Shown: positions 20,524 to 33,444 of the stretch, piece after piece
Numbering within the stretch: the first letter of the stretch is position 1
Layout of the letters: each line of letters opens with the position of its first letter
NCBI GenBank assembly: GCA_902599315.1
Contig: CACKEY010000001.1
Span: 4,625 to 68,624 of the forward strand
Origin: an uncultured SAR86 cluster bacterium
GTDB taxonomy: Bacteria > Pseudomonadota > Gammaproteobacteria > Magnimaribacterales > D2472
Length of the DNA: 64,000 nucleotides
Direction: 5' to 3'
The notes under the pieces: model-generated
Seen by the model: the letters and a program-made list of their open reading frames with translations, nothing else
Database searches by the model: none
Told to the model about the DNA's origin: nothing
Program-made: the position numbers and the translations under genes

Positions 20524-21765
20524 ATGAAAAAAAATGCCTTTTATGCTCAATCAGGTGGTGTCACATCAGTGATTAATGCCTCTGCAAGTGCAGTAATTTT
20601 AGAAGCAAGAAAATCTCATAAAATTGGAAAGGTTTTTGCCGCTAAAAATGGAATCCTCGGAGCTTTGAAGGAAGAGTTAATTGATACATCAAAAGAATCA
20701 AAAAAATTTATTGAGAGTCTTCAATTTCGTCCCGGCGGAGTATTTGGTTCCTGCAGGTATAAATTAAAAGATATTGATGAAAATAAAGAAGAATATGAAA
20801 GATTAATAGAAGTTTTCAAGGCTCACAATATCGGTTATTTTTTTTACAATGGAGGGAATGATTCCGCTGATACCGCCCTCAAAATTTCGCAAATTAGCGA
20901 TACACTTAACTATCCTCTTCAATGTATTGCAATACCAAAAACTGTTGATAATGATCTTGCAGTTACCGATTGTTGTCCAGGGTTTGGTTCGGTTGCTAAA
21001 TACGTTGTTACTTCAACCATTGAGGCTGCATTAGACGTTGAATCAATGTGTGAAACTTCAACCAAAGTATTTATTCTTGAAGTCATGGGTAGGCATGCGG
21101 GCTGGATCGCAGGATCAAGCTGCCTTGCTCAAAAAAGTCACCCTAACGCTCCACATATTATCCTTCTTCCTGAAGTGAATTTTAATCAACTAAAGTTTTT
21201 AGCAAAAGTAAAAGAAATGGTTAAAAAAAATGGCTTTTGTGTGATTGTTGCATCAGAAGGAGTTAAAAATTCTAGAGGAAAATTTCTAGCTGAGTCAGGC
21301 TCGGTAGATGCATTTGGCCACAGTCAACTTGGAGGTGTTGCACCTTATTTAGCAAATTTAATTACTAAGAAGTTGAAGATTAAAAATCATTGGGCTGTAG
21401 CTGATTATCTTCAACGAAGCGCAACTCATCTATCATCTGAGTTGGATAGGTCACATGCATATGAAGTAGGCAAAAAAGCAGTTGAATATGCTGTAAAAGG
21501 ATTGAATGGAGTTATGCCAATAATTAAAAGAAAAAGTTCATCTCCATATAAATGGGAGATTGTTTCAGCGCCTCTGTCCAAAATTGCAAATGTTGAGAAA
21601 AAACTTCCAGCGGGATTTATTTCAGCTGATGGATTTGGTATGACAAATAAAGCGCGACAATATTTTGAGCCTTTGATTGGAGGAAAATCTAGGGTAATAA
21701 ATAATATAAATTATCAAGCTGGGAAAATGAAAATGGTCCCAAAAAAATTAAACGCCTGGGGATAG
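20524..21765 (+). CDS. pfp: Phosphofructokinase, sequence signature of the PPi-dependent type
   Basis: 413 aa PFK-A family protein (MGRHAGW, TVDNDL). It has GGNDS instead of GGDGS and PKTVDND instead of PGTIDND. Asp at E. coli position 104 and Lys at position 124 are the known PPi-specificity determinants. Confidence 0.8.
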   Translation: MKKNAFYAQSGGVTSVINASASAVILEARKSHKIGKVFAAKNGILGALKEELIDTSKESKKFIESLQFRPGGVFGSCRYKLKDIDENKEEYERLIEVFKAHNIGYFFYNGGNDSADTALKISQISDTLNYPLQCIAIPKTVDNDLAVTDCCPGFGSVAKYVVTSTIEAALDVESMCETSTKVFILEVMGRHAGWIAGSSCLAQKSHPNAPHIILLPEVNFNQLKFLAKVKEMVKKNGFCVIVASEGVKNSRGKFLAESGSVDAFGHSQLGGVAPYLANLITKKLKIKNHWAVADYLQRSATHLSSELDRSHAYEVGKKAVEYAVKGLNGVMPIIKRKSSSPYKWEIVSAPLSKIANVEKKLPAGFISADGFGMTNKARQYFEPLIGGKSRVINNINYQAGKMKMVPKKLNAWG

Positions 21766-22239
21766 AGCATTTAGCTGATTTATAATCCTTTTTAATTCAT
21801 TTTTCAAAATTGTTTTATCCTCGTCATTTAAAAAAGAGCCAAAATAAAAGCGCTTTCCCTTTGATTGAAAACAAAATTCGTCAGAATTGTGTTGGTTTTT
21901 TTCTACCTCAAGGACAACAAAACTTCTATATTCTTCCCAAGTTTTTTCTTTAATTAGCCTGCCCTTCTCTAATTTAATTTTTTCATTTGAAATATAAACA
22001 ACTTCTTTTTGTTGACTCCAACGAAAGCTAATATAAAAACAAGTTAATACTAATATTACCTCTAGTCCTGCAAAGGGAAGTATTAATCCAGCACCCATTA
22101 TGAAAAAAAATACTCCAATGGATAAACATATGAAGGCCAAACTGCCTAAAAAAATTACTCTATTCCACCCTCTCAACGAATAATTGGGAGAAATCTCAAT
22201 TAAAAAATTATTTTCTGTAGTTTCTTTAATCTTAATCAT
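21748..22239 (-). CDS. Small membrane protein (DUF2244-like)
   Basis: 163 aa with two adjacent TM helices followed by a soluble tail. The family assignment is from memory only. Confidence 0.5.
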   Translation of the reverse strand: MIKIKETTENNFLIEISPNYSLRGWNRVIFLGSLAFICLSIGVFFFIMGAGLILPFAGLEVILVLTCFYISFRWSQQKEVVYISNEKIKLEKGRLIKEKTWEEYRSFVVLEVEKNQHNSDEFCFQSKGKRFYFGSFLNDEDKTILKNELKRIINQLNALSPGV

Positions 22240-22245
22240 ATTACA

Positions 22246-23457
22246 ATGATGCCTATTATGGTCACTCGAACAGATTTTAACCGATATATGATGCCGACAT
22301 ACAATCCGGCATCTTTTATTCCATCAAAAGCTAAAGGCTCTTTAGTGTGGGATAAAAAAAATAAAAAATATATAGACTTTGCTTCTGGAATTGCAGTTTC
22401 CAGCTTGGGGCATTGTCATCCAGAACTGAATAAGGCATTGGTCGATCAATCAAAAAAAATGTGGCATCTTTCCAATGTTTTAATGAATGAACCTGCTATA
22501 AGATTGGCAAAAATTTTTTGCAAACACACCTTTGCAGAAAAAGTCTTTTTTGCTAATTCAGGAGCAGAGGCAGTTGAAGGTGCAATTAAAACTGCTAGAA
22601 AATTTGCATATGAAAATATAAGTAAAAAGAAAAATGGAATAGTATCCTTCTCTGATGCTTTTCATGGTCGAACAATGATGGCAATTGCCCTTAACGGATC
22701 TGAGAGATTTATTAAAGGCTTTGGGCCAATGCCAGGTGGAATCAAAAATCATCCTTTTAATGAAACGAAGAATTTAGAAAAGGCAATTACAAAAAAAACT
22801 GCAGCAGTAATCATAGAACTAGTTCAAGGTGAGGCTGGAATCATTAAAGCAAAAAAAGACTTCATTCAAAAAATTAAAAAGCTGTGTAAAGAAAATAAAG
22901 TTCTAATAATAGTGGATGAAGTTCAATCAGGGGCCGGAAGAACAGGAACCTTGTTTGCTTATGAACAATTTGGCATTAAGCCAGACATCATGTGCTGCGC
23001 CAAAGGTATTGGTGGAGGAATTCCAATTGCAGCTGTCTTAACTACAACTAAAATAGCTAAAAGCATGGAAATAGGATCTCATGGAACTACATTTGGGGGT
23101 AACCCACTAGCTTGTGCAGTAGCTGAGAAAGTAATGACTCTGCTTACAAAAAAAATGTTACTAAATGGTGTTAAGAAAAAAGAAAAAATATTTTTGAGAG
23201 AATTACAAAGTATCAACAAAGATCATAAGTGTTTTAGTGCCATTAGAAGTTCTGGGCTTTGGATAGGCTGCAAATTAAACGTTACAGAAAATTTTAATTT
23301 AGATACTGTAATGAAAGCCTGTTATGAAAATGGTCTAATGATACTTAAAGCAAATGATAATACTATTAGAATAGCGCCAAGCCTTATTATTGAAGATAGT
23401 TTAATCTTAAAAGGATTAAAAATTTTGAGAGCTGTTATTCAGGAGCAGCATCCTTAG
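22246..23457 (+). CDS. argD: Acetylornithine/succinylornithine aminotransferase
   Basis: 403 aa class III aminotransferase with [11 protein letters not shown] and CAKGIGGG (PLP Lys). The N-terminus is collinear with E. coli ArgD (TR.TF....P.Y.PA.FIP.K..GS..WD..). Confidence 0.88.
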   Translation: MMPIMVTRTDFNRYMMPTYNPASFIPSKAKGSLVWDKKNKKYIDFASGIAVSSLGHCHPELNKALVDQSKKMWHLSNVLMNEPAIRLAKIFCKHTFAEKVFFANSGAEAVEGAIKTARKFAYENISKKKNGIVSFSDAFHGRTMMAIALNGSERFIKGFGPMPGGIKNHPFNETKNLEKAITKKTAAVIIELVQGEAGIIKAKKDFIQKIKKLCKENKVLIIVDEVQSGAGRTGTLFAYEQFGIKPDIMCCAKGIGGGIPIAAVLTTTKIAKSMEIGSHGTTFGGNPLACAVAEKVMTLLTKKMLLNGVKKKEKIFLRELQSINKDHKCFSAIRSSGLWIGCKLNVTENFNLDTVMKACYENGLMILKANDNTIRIAPSLIIEDSLILKGLKILRAVIQEQHP

Positions 23458-25723
23458 TTTTTTCTACCTCCTCCAGCTTGATCATTCCATTATATCCTGT
23501 TGGCAGCACTCTACCTCGCTTTGCTCTAGCGGAAATGTACTCCTCCAGCTCTTTAATCGTCCAAGTTTTACCTCCAGTTTTTCCTTCGTGATAAATATGA
23601 AGTTTACTATCCTCAGCTAAGCAACAAACATCCATCATAAATTCAGACTTTTCTTTGAAAGCTTTAGTTGAGATGCTGATTAATTTATTTCCCTTCCCTT
23701 TTGGCAATATAGGTAATTCCTCAATTGGAAAAATTAACATTTTATTACTGACTTTGCCTTTATTGTCCTGCGTCGAAAAAGTTGCAGCAACAAATTTATG
23801 ATTATCATTAATTGTAACTGGAGAGATTACATTCGATCCCTCCGGCACCTTCATGAATTGCTTACCTTTTTTTTGATTAGAAATTGCATTAGATAGATTG
23901 CTTATAAAACCAAATCCAGCAGAATTAGAAATTAATATTTTTGAATCATCTGTTCCAATTGCTACGCCTTCAAAAGTAACTCCTGATTCAGAAATAACCC
24001 GCCCAGTTAAAGGTTCCCCCATCCCCCTTGCAGATGGCAAGGAATGTGCCTGCAATGAATAAGCCTTACCGCCTGAATCAAAGAACACTGCTATTTGATT
24101 ATTTCTTCCTTTAGCAAAATGTTGTAATTTGTCATCTCCTCTGTATGTAAGATTGCTTGCTTCGACATCATGCCCTTTAGCAGATCTGATCCATCCTGCC
24201 TTTGATAGAATGATTGTTACAGCTTCTGATGTAACCATTTCTTCTTCTGAGAATGCTTTGGCATCTGACGAAGACTCAATTGGAGAATTTCTTTCATCTC
24301 CAAATTTATCTTTAATTTCTTTAAGCTCATTTTTAATATATGTTTTTAATCTAGCTTTAGATTTTATAATTTTCTCAAGCTCTGCTCGTTCCTTTTCAAG
24401 CTCATCCCTTTCTTCCTCAAGCTTAATTTGCTCTAGCTTTGCTAACTGTCTAAGCCGTATTTCTAAAATAGCATTGGTTTGAATCTCTGAAATCTTAAAA
24501 GTTTTCATTAATTCTTTTTTTGGATCATCGCTATTTCTTATAATTTTTATCACCTTATCAAGATCAAGATATACAATTAATAAGCCCTCTAATACATGAA
24601 TTCTATCGTGTACTTGATCAAGTCTGTGTTCCAATTTCCTTAAAACTGTTTGCTGTCTGAATTTCAGCCACTCTGAAATTAGGTCTTTAAGCGCAAAGAC
24701 TCTTGGGGAACCTTTTAAACTTATTAAGTTAATGTTTACGCGGTAATTTTTTTGCAGATCGGTTGTTGCATAAAGATGATTCATAACTTCAGAGGCACTA
24801 ATTCTGTTAGATTTTAACGAGATGACTAGCCTTACAGGCTCTTTATGATCTCCTTCATCCCTTAAATCAACGACCATTGGCAGTTTCTTTTTTTGCATTT
24901 GATCAGCAATTTGTTCAAGAATTTTTGATCCAGAAGCTTGATGAGGCAATGCTCTGACAATAATATCATTACCTTCAGCCTCCCAATGAGCTCTCACTTT
25001 AAAGCCACCCCTGCCAGTTTCGTACATTTCTTTTAGCTCTTCTGACGAAACAATGATTGGAGCAGGATTGCTAAAATCAGGACCCTGAATAAATTTTAAT
25101 AAATCTTTTGTACTTGCTTTTGGATGATCTAAAACATGAATGGCGGCATCAAGCACTTCATTTAAATTATGAGAAGGAATGTCAGTCGCCATTCCAACAG
25201 CTATTCCTGTAGTTCCATTTAATAGAATGCTTGGTATCTTTGCTGGCAATAAAGTTGGCTCCAATAAAGAACCATCAAAATTAGGTTGCCAGTCTACAGT
25301 ACCTAGTTTTAACTCCGACAGAAGTAAGTCAGCAAATCCAGTAAGTTTTGATTCTGTATAACGCATTGCTGCAAAAGACTTTGGGTCGTCTTGGGTACCC
25401 CAATTTCCTTGTCCATCAACAAGGGGGTATCTAAAAGAGAAATGCTGCGCCATCAAGACCATTGCCTCATAAGCAGCGCTGTCTCCATGAGGATGGAATT
25501 TGCCTATGACATCTCCAACAGTCCTTGCAGATTTTTTATATTTAGAACCTGCATTCAAACCTAACTCACTCATAGCATATAAAATTCTTCTCTGAACAGG
25601 TTTCATGCCGTCCCCAATATGCGGCAATGCACGATCTAAAATGACATACATTGAATAGTTTAGATATGACTCCTCGGCATAATCTTTAAGGCTGATTGAA
25701 CTGAGGTTTTTATTAATGTTCAT
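23435..25723 (-). CDS. parC: DNA topoisomerase IV subunit A
   Basis: 762 aa with [21 protein letters not shown] and the active-site Tyr context AAMRYTE. It sits directly downstream of parE. Confidence 0.9.
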   Translation of the reverse strand: MNINKNLSSISLKDYAEESYLNYSMYVILDRALPHIGDGMKPVQRRILYAMSELGLNAGSKYKKSARTVGDVIGKFHPHGDSAAYEAMVLMAQHFSFRYPLVDGQGNWGTQDDPKSFAAMRYTESKLTGFADLLLSELKLGTVDWQPNFDGSLLEPTLLPAKIPSILLNGTTGIAVGMATDIPSHNLNEVLDAAIHVLDHPKASTKDLLKFIQGPDFSNPAPIIVSSEELKEMYETGRGGFKVRAHWEAEGNDIIVRALPHQASGSKILEQIADQMQKKKLPMVVDLRDEGDHKEPVRLVISLKSNRISASEVMNHLYATTDLQKNYRVNINLISLKGSPRVFALKDLISEWLKFRQQTVLRKLEHRLDQVHDRIHVLEGLLIVYLDLDKVIKIIRNSDDPKKELMKTFKISEIQTNAILEIRLRQLAKLEQIKLEEERDELEKERAELEKIIKSKARLKTYIKNELKEIKDKFGDERNSPIESSSDAKAFSEEEMVTSEAVTIILSKAGWIRSAKGHDVEASNLTYRGDDKLQHFAKGRNNQIAVFFDSGGKAYSLQAHSLPSARGMGEPLTGRVISESGVTFEGVAIGTDDSKILISNSAGFGFISNLSNAISNQKKGKQFMKVPEGSNVISPVTINDNHKFVAATFSTQDNKGKVSNKMLIFPIEELPILPKGKGNKLISISTKAFKEKSEFMMDVCCLAEDSKLHIYHEGKTGGKTWTIKELEEYISARAKRGRVLPTGYNGMIKLEEVEKTKDAAPE

Positions 25724-25725
25724 AA

Positions 25726-27615
25726 CTAAACGCTTACAATTTTGCCTCTTTTTTCAAGCCATTCTTTTCGAGCTCCAGCATTCTTTTTTGATAACAATAA
25801 ATCCATCATGCTATTTACATTATCAGATGAGGTTATAGTTAACTGAACTAATCTTCTAGTTTGGGGATCCATAACTGTTTCTCGTAATTGAGACGGATTC
25901 ATCTCTCCTAAACCTTTAAATCTTTGAATATCAATTTTTGGTTTACCAGCTTTTGTTTTTAATTTTTTCACTATTGCGTCTTTCTCATCTTCGTCTAAAG
26001 CATAAAAAACTTCCTTAGCACAATCTATTCTAAATAATGGCGGCATTGCCACAAAAATATGTCCAGCTTGAATTAATGGTTTGTAATGCCTTAAAAAAAG
26101 GGCACATAGTAAGGTAGCAATATGAAGTCCATCTGAATCTGCATCAGCTAAAATACATATTTTCCCATAACGAAGTGATTCAATGTCCGAACTTCCTGGA
26201 TTAACTCCGATGGCCGTAGCAATATCTTTGATTTCAGCAGATTTAATAATCTCTGTGCTCTCAAGGTCCCATGTATTTAAAATTTTACCTCTTAAGGGCA
26301 TGATTGCTTGAAATTTTCTTTCTCTAGACTGCTTAGCAGAACCGCCTGCTGAATCTCCCTCAACAAAAAATAGCTCTGTTTCAGATAAATCAGTACTGTT
26401 ACAGTCTGATAGTTTGCCTGGAAGAGCTGGGCCCTGAAAAGATTTCTTTCGGTCAACAATTTTCGTCTCTTTTGTTCTGGCTTGAGCTGAAGCAATAGCT
26501 AGCTCTGCTAATTTTTCACCCTCCTCTGTATGCTGATTGAACCAAATACTTAAGATATCTTTTGTTGTAGAGTTAACAAAAGTTTGATGATCTTTTGAAT
26601 CTAGTCTCTCTTTGGTTTGCCCAGCGAATTGCGGATTCGTTAATTTTGAGGAAACGATAAAAGTACTGTGCTGCACTACGTCATCAGCTGTTATCTTCAA
26701 TCCTTTTGGAATTAAATTTCTGAATTCACAAAACTCTTTGACTGACTCAAGTAAGCCTGCTTTAAATCCATTCAAATGAGATCCTCCTTGTGCGGTTGGA
26801 ATGAGGTTGACATAGGATTCATTCATTAGATTCTTTGCAGGCTTTGTTGACCAATTTAAGACAAAATCTAACGCGTTATCATCTCCTGATTTACTACAAG
26901 AGATCGACTCTTCTAATAGTAGCTCAAGATCTTCAGAAGATTCTGATAAATAAGAAATGAGACCACTTTCATAATTCCATAGTATTTTCTCATTTTTTTT
27001 CTCATCAAAATATTCAACAGTTAGGCCGGAACAAAGCACTGCTTTTGCTTTGAGTAAATGCTTAAGATTTGATTTATCAATTTTTGTTGTTTCAAAATAT
27101 TGATCATCGGGAAGAAAATTTATAGCCGTTCCTGTATTCCTTGCCCCAATGTCTCCAACTCTTTTAAGATCGGAAATTTTTTCGCCACCATTGAAATTCA
27201 TCTCAAATTTATGACCTTCCCTTTTAATTTCAACAGATAATTTTTTGGACAGAGCATTTACAACTGAAACGCCAACGCCGTGCAAGCCTCCAGAAAAATT
27301 GTAATCCTCTCCTGAAAATTTTGCTCCAGCGTGAAGTTTACACATTATAAGCTCAACGCCTGAAACTTTATGCTCAGGATGAATGTCTACTGGCATTCCT
27401 CGTCCGTCATCAATTACTGAAATGTAACCATCCTTATGAATAGTAACTTTAATCTTTGAGCAATGACCAGCTAAAGCTTCGTCAATGGAATTATCAAGAA
27501 CTTCCTGTATTAGATGGTTTGGTGTGGAGGTATCTGTATACATACCCGGTCTTTTCCTGACCGGATCTAAGCCTGATAGAACTTCTATCGACTCAGAATC
27601 ATAGTTTTTGGCCAA
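25726..27615 (-). CDS. parE: DNA topoisomerase IV subunit B
   Basis: 629 aa (ParE length, no GyrB insert) with GHKL ATPase and TOPRIM (EGDSAGG) domains. It has a TTG start preceded by AGGAA. The N-terminus [20 protein letters not shown] aligns with E. coli ParE. Confidence 0.9.
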   Translation of the reverse strand: MAKNYDSESIEVLSGLDPVRKRPGMYTDTSTPNHLIQEVLDNSIDEALAGHCSKIKVTIHKDGYISVIDDGRGMPVDIHPEHKVSGVELIMCKLHAGAKFSGEDYNFSGGLHGVGVSVVNALSKKLSVEIKREGHKFEMNFNGGEKISDLKRVGDIGARNTGTAINFLPDDQYFETTKIDKSNLKHLLKAKAVLCSGLTVEYFDEKKNEKILWNYESGLISYLSESSEDLELLLEESISCSKSGDDNALDFVLNWSTKPAKNLMNESYVNLIPTAQGGSHLNGFKAGLLESVKEFCEFRNLIPKGLKITADDVVQHSTFIVSSKLTNPQFAGQTKERLDSKDHQTFVNSTTKDILSIWFNQHTEEGEKLAELAIASAQARTKETKIVDRKKSFQGPALPGKLSDCNSTDLSETELFFVEGDSAGGSAKQSRERKFQAIMPLRGKILNTWDLESTEIIKSAEIKDIATAIGVNPGSSDIESLRYGKICILADADSDGLHIATLLCALFLRHYKPLIQAGHIFVAMPPLFRIDCAKEVFYALDEDEKDAIVKKLKTKAGKPKIDIQRFKGLGEMNPSQLRETVMDPQTRRLVQLTITSSDNVNSMMDLLLSKKNAGARKEWLEKRGKIVSV

Positions 27616-27814
27616 TTGTGTTTCCTAATGCTGTTGAACTTTTAATTAATATTCTACTCTAAGTAAATTAAAAGAATTGTATTAATTTAATAGATTTTAG
27701 GACATTTATTTACAATAGATTAGAATAATGTATGTAATATATAAGTGTAAAGTTAACTTGACATACATATTGCATTTAAGTTCTAATGTGTGCACTGTAA
27801 ACATTAAAAATATT

Positions 27815-29146
27815 ATGAAAAATTACATATTGATTACAATCCTTCTGTGTCAGAGTATCAATAGCTCCGCTGATAGTCTTTTAGATATTTATAATGATGC
27901 CTTAGAAAATGACCCTCAATATAAATCTGCGGAATTTTCATATTTATCTGGTAAAGAAATTAAAGTTCAGGGCAGAGCTAGTTTACTTCCAAATATCTCA
28001 ATTAGCGCTCAAACGAATTGGAACGAGTACTACCAAAATGGAAACCTTCAAAATGAATATAATAATTTCAGCACTTCAGCTCGTTTAACTCAACCACTAA
28101 TCAGACTAGATACATGGTTTAAATATCGCCAATCTAAATATCTTACAGATGCCGCAGAGGCAGATTTTGCCTATTCACAGCAAGCACTAATAGTAAGAAC
28201 AGCAGAACTTTATTTTAATGTTTTAAGAGCTATTGATAATTTAAGTGCTGCTAGGTCAGAAGAAAAAGCAATAAAAAAACAATTAGATCAAATTAGACAA
28301 AGGTATGAGGTAGGACTTTCCGCAATAACAGAAGTTCAAGAAGCTCAGTTAGCATTTGATCTTAGCCTAGCTGCCAGAACAAGAATTGAAGGTGAAGTTT
28401 ATACAGCACAAGAGTCTTTAAACGCATTGGTTGGAAGAGAAATAATTTCTATTGATGGCTTGATTAATGACTTAAATGTTTCTAATCCAATCCCTGCGTC
28501 AAAAGAGGAATGGGCAAGAAAGGCTGTAAAAAATAATTTTAGGCTTCAAGCTGCAAATCTAAGAAAGTTTGCATCAAAAAATAATGCTAGAAGTGTAGCA
28601 TCAAACCACTTGCCAAAAGTTGATATTGTAGGAACTCAGTCAGAATCAGAAACTAATCAATATTCTTTTGACGGGCTCAATACTGGAGGTGCTTTTAACA
28701 TTACCGTCCCAGATGAGACTCAACGTGATACATACAGTTTGCAACTTTCAATGCCAATTTTTCAAGGTGGAGCTGTAATATCAAGAACTAAACAGGCATA
28801 CGCGGAGTCAAATAAGTCATCTGAAGATGCTCTATTTACGGAAAGAAGTGTTATTCAAGATGTCAGAAGTCAGTACTCAAATGTTATTACATTGGTAGCA
28901 AATTTAAGGGCACAAAAACAAGCAGTAGTCTCAGCTTCAAGTGCCCTAGAAGCTACAAGGGTTGGATATGAAGTTGGTACCCGAAATATTGTTGATTTGC
29001 TCCAAGCAGAAAAAAACTTATATAGTGCTGAACGAAATCTTTCAAATGCAAAATATGATTATTTAATTACAACTCTTCGCTTGCATTTGGCTGCTGGGAC
29101 TCTTGCTCCTGAAAATTTAGTTGAGATTAATAATTTACTCGGCTAG
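27815..29146 (+). CDS. tolC: Outer-membrane efflux channel TolC
   Basis: There are two tandem OEP repeats. The start was moved from 27728 to ATG 27815, which gives a normal signal peptide (MKNYILITILLCQSINSSA). Confidence 0.85.
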   Translation: MKNYILITILLCQSINSSADSLLDIYNDALENDPQYKSAEFSYLSGKEIKVQGRASLLPNISISAQTNWNEYYQNGNLQNEYNNFSTSARLTQPLIRLDTWFKYRQSKYLTDAAEADFAYSQQALIVRTAELYFNVLRAIDNLSAARSEEKAIKKQLDQIRQRYEVGLSAITEVQEAQLAFDLSLAARTRIEGEVYTAQESLNALVGREIISIDGLINDLNVSNPIPASKEEWARKAVKNNFRLQAANLRKFASKNNARSVASNHLPKVDIVGTQSESETNQYSFDGLNTGGAFNITVPDETQRDTYSLQLSMPIFQGGAVISRTKQAYAESNKSSEDALFTERSVIQDVRSQYSNVITLVANLRAQKQAVVSASSALEATRVGYEVGTRNIVDLLQAEKNLYSAERNLSNAKYDYLITTLRLHLAAGTLAPENLVEINNLLG

Positions 29147-29151
29147 CAGAT

Positions 29152-29964
29152 ATGCCTGAATTGCCGGAGGTTGAAACCTCAGTTCAAGCGATTCAAAAAT
29201 TTAAAAATCAAAATATTGAATCCATAGAGATTTTTAATCCTAATTTAAGGTGGAAAGTAAACACGCAAGACTTTCAGAAGCTTCATGGTAAAAAAGTATT
29301 AAATATCACCAGAAGAGCTAAATACATAATGCTAAATTTTGGTGAATTCGAAATCTTGATTCATCTGGGTATGACTGGGACTCTGAGAATTACTGATAAG
29401 TACTCAAATCTATACAAAAAGCACGATCATGTTGAGCTTATCTTCGGAACTGAAAAAATAATTTTTAATGATCCTAGGAGATTTGGTTCTTTTCATTTTA
29501 TTTCAAATGTTGAAAATCATTTCTTATTAAACAGCCTTGGGCCTGAACCACTATCCAAAAAATTTGATGGCGCATATCTATTTAATAAGATTAAGAAATC
29601 TAAATCACCAATAAAGAATGCTTTAATGAATCAAAAAAATGTCGTTGGTATTGGGAATATTTATGCAAACGAAATATTATTTGACGCAAAAATTCGACCA
29701 ACAAGAAAATGCAAAACTCTTACAAAAAAAGAAAACATGCGAATTGTGGACTCAACAAAAAAAATTTTGAAACTTGCCATAAAAGCTGGCGGAACAACTC
29801 TTCAAGATTTCTATCGGCCAGATGGCAATAAAGGCTACTTTAAAATTGATTTAGCGGTTTATGATCGGGCCGGTAAATGTTGTTTATTTTGTAAACAAGA
29901 AGAAATAACAAGGATCATTCAAGCTCAAAGAGCAACATTTTTTTGTAAAAAGTGCCAAAATTAA
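29152..29964 (+). CDS. mutM: Formamidopyrimidine-DNA glycosylase
   Basis: MPELPEVET N-terminus, H2TH domain, and a C-terminal CxxC...CxxC zinc finger. Confidence 0.93.
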   Translation: MPELPEVETSVQAIQKFKNQNIESIEIFNPNLRWKVNTQDFQKLHGKKVLNITRRAKYIMLNFGEFEILIHLGMTGTLRITDKYSNLYKKHDHVELIFGTEKIIFNDPRRFGSFHFISNVENHFLLNSLGPEPLSKKFDGAYLFNKIKKSKSPIKNALMNQKNVVGIGNIYANEILFDAKIRPTRKCKTLTKKENMRIVDSTKKILKLAIKAGGTTLQDFYRPDGNKGYFKIDLAVYDRAGKCCLFCKQEEITRIIQAQRATFFCKKCQN

Positions 29965-30443
29965 TTAGCAATCTTGTTATTCAAGGCAGTTTTGACATTT
30001 TCAGGAACAAATCTTGAAACATCACCTCCAAAAGTAGCTATTTCTTTAACCAAACTAGATGAAACATATATCAAGGTATCTTTAGGAGTAAAAAATATAC
30101 TCTCAATGTCTGGAGCCAAACTTCTATTCATTGTTGCTAATTGAAATTCATATTCAAAATCAGCAACTGCCCTAAGACCTCTGATAATTGCAATCGCCTT
30201 ATTGTCTCTTGCCAAATCTACAGTTAGCTGTTTTGAGTAGCCTATAACCTCAATTTTAGGGTTGTCTTTAAAGATATCTGAAATAAGCTCTATCCTCTCA
30301 TCTACAGAAAACAATGGATTCTTCGATTGACTTTCGGCAACACCAAGTATGACTTTGTCAAAAAGGCTAGCAGCTCTTTCTACAATATCAATATGCCCAA
30401 ATGTAATTGGATCAAATGACCCTGGATAAATTGCTATTTTCAT
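29961..30443 (-). CDS. coaD: Phosphopantetheine adenylyltransferase
   Basis: 160 aa with the GSFDPITFGH nucleotidyltransferase motif. Confidence 0.93.
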   Translation of the reverse strand: MKIAIYPGSFDPITFGHIDIVERAASLFDKVILGVAESQSKNPLFSVDERIELISDIFKDNPKIEVIGYSKQLTVDLARDNKAIAIIRGLRAVADFEYEFQLATMNRSLAPDIESIFFTPKDTLIYVSSSLVKEIATFGGDVSRFVPENVKTALNNKIAN

Positions 30444-30746
30444 TACCGAATGATACTAAACATTTTTAATTCATCAAAATATACGATGATTATGTAAAAT
30501 AATTCTTATGAATAAAAAAAAGGTAACATCTATTCACAAGTCCAGATCAGAAAAAAAAGATATGCCAAGCGCAGTAGATGATGCTGCCAATGTAATGTCA
30601 AAATATGACAAAATAAATATCAAAAAAAGGAATAAAAAATATAACTTTGAAAAAATTAACTATGAAAAGCCCCCGCATCATTGATGAAGACTTAACAAAA
30701 AATAATAGACTTATTTGTGAATATTTAACTAGCGCTTAGGTGAAAA

Positions 30747-31139
30747 TCAAGCCTCTTTATTTGGGTCCCATATAACTAAATTCTTCCTTTTCAGTCTATT
30801 GGCAACTAGCTTGTATCTAGACTGTTCCTCACGCCATTCTTTAATCCAATTCTCGCCATCTCTTTCGGCATCTACAAATATTGCATTGGTAAAAGCAATT
30901 GGAATGATAATTCCAACATGAACCAATATGCTTGTAAGAATGTCATACCCGAGGAATCCTAACCAAAAAATTGCAATAAATCCAAAGGCTGCACTCCATA
31001 TAGAAAATAGAACCAACATAAAATAGGTTTGAAGGCTTGGTTCAACATGCTTCAAAGGATTATATCTAACATCCATAATAGATCTCCATGTATCTACTAT
31101 GAACATTATTATTCTTCTATATAAACTGGGTTTTTCCAA
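30747..31139 (-). CDS. Unknown small membrane protein immediately downstream of katG
   Basis: 130 aa from a TTG start (alternative ATG at 31106), with 2-3 TM helices and a charged C-tail. It is on the same strand as katG, 34 nt after its stop. Confidence 0.5.
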   Translation of the reverse strand: MEKPSLYRRIIMFIVDTWRSIMDVRYNPLKHVEPSLQTYFMLVLFSIWSAAFGFIAIFWLGFLGYDILTSILVHVGIIIPIAFTNAIFVDAERDGENWIKEWREEQSRYKLVANRLKRKNLVIWDPNKEA

Positions 31140-31173
31140 TTTTTATTATTATTTAAATTAAACGATTTGCTTT

Positions 31174-33312
<2,139 letters not shown>

Positions 33313-33444
33313 TCACTCCAATGTTTAAGTTTTATATAGCATTTAGCTGTGGTTATTTAATACATTACTAAATTTTTATGTATTGGTAAATATATAAAAA
33401 AAGAATGTTATATTCGATTTAATAAATGATAAAATTAATTTAGT

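Noticed and set aside
24129-24482. 117-aa Ser/Leu-rich ORF on the plus strand
   Set aside because: It lies entirely antisense within the well-supported parC gene. Its low-complexity composition is what the reverse frame of a Glu/Lys-rich coiled-coil segment produces. It has no start context.
27728-27814. 29-codon N-terminal extension of tolC in the ORF track
   Set aside because: The extension precedes a normal signal peptide that starts at ATG 27815 and would bury it. It lies in the AT-rich parE/tolC promoter spacer.
33336-33372. Possible OxyR operator (ATAG-N7-CTAT-N7-ATAG-N7-CTAT) in the katG/oxyR spacer
   Set aside because: Only the first half matches (ATAG-N7-CTGT). The second half (TAAT ... 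TAAA) does not, so it is not reported as a feature.
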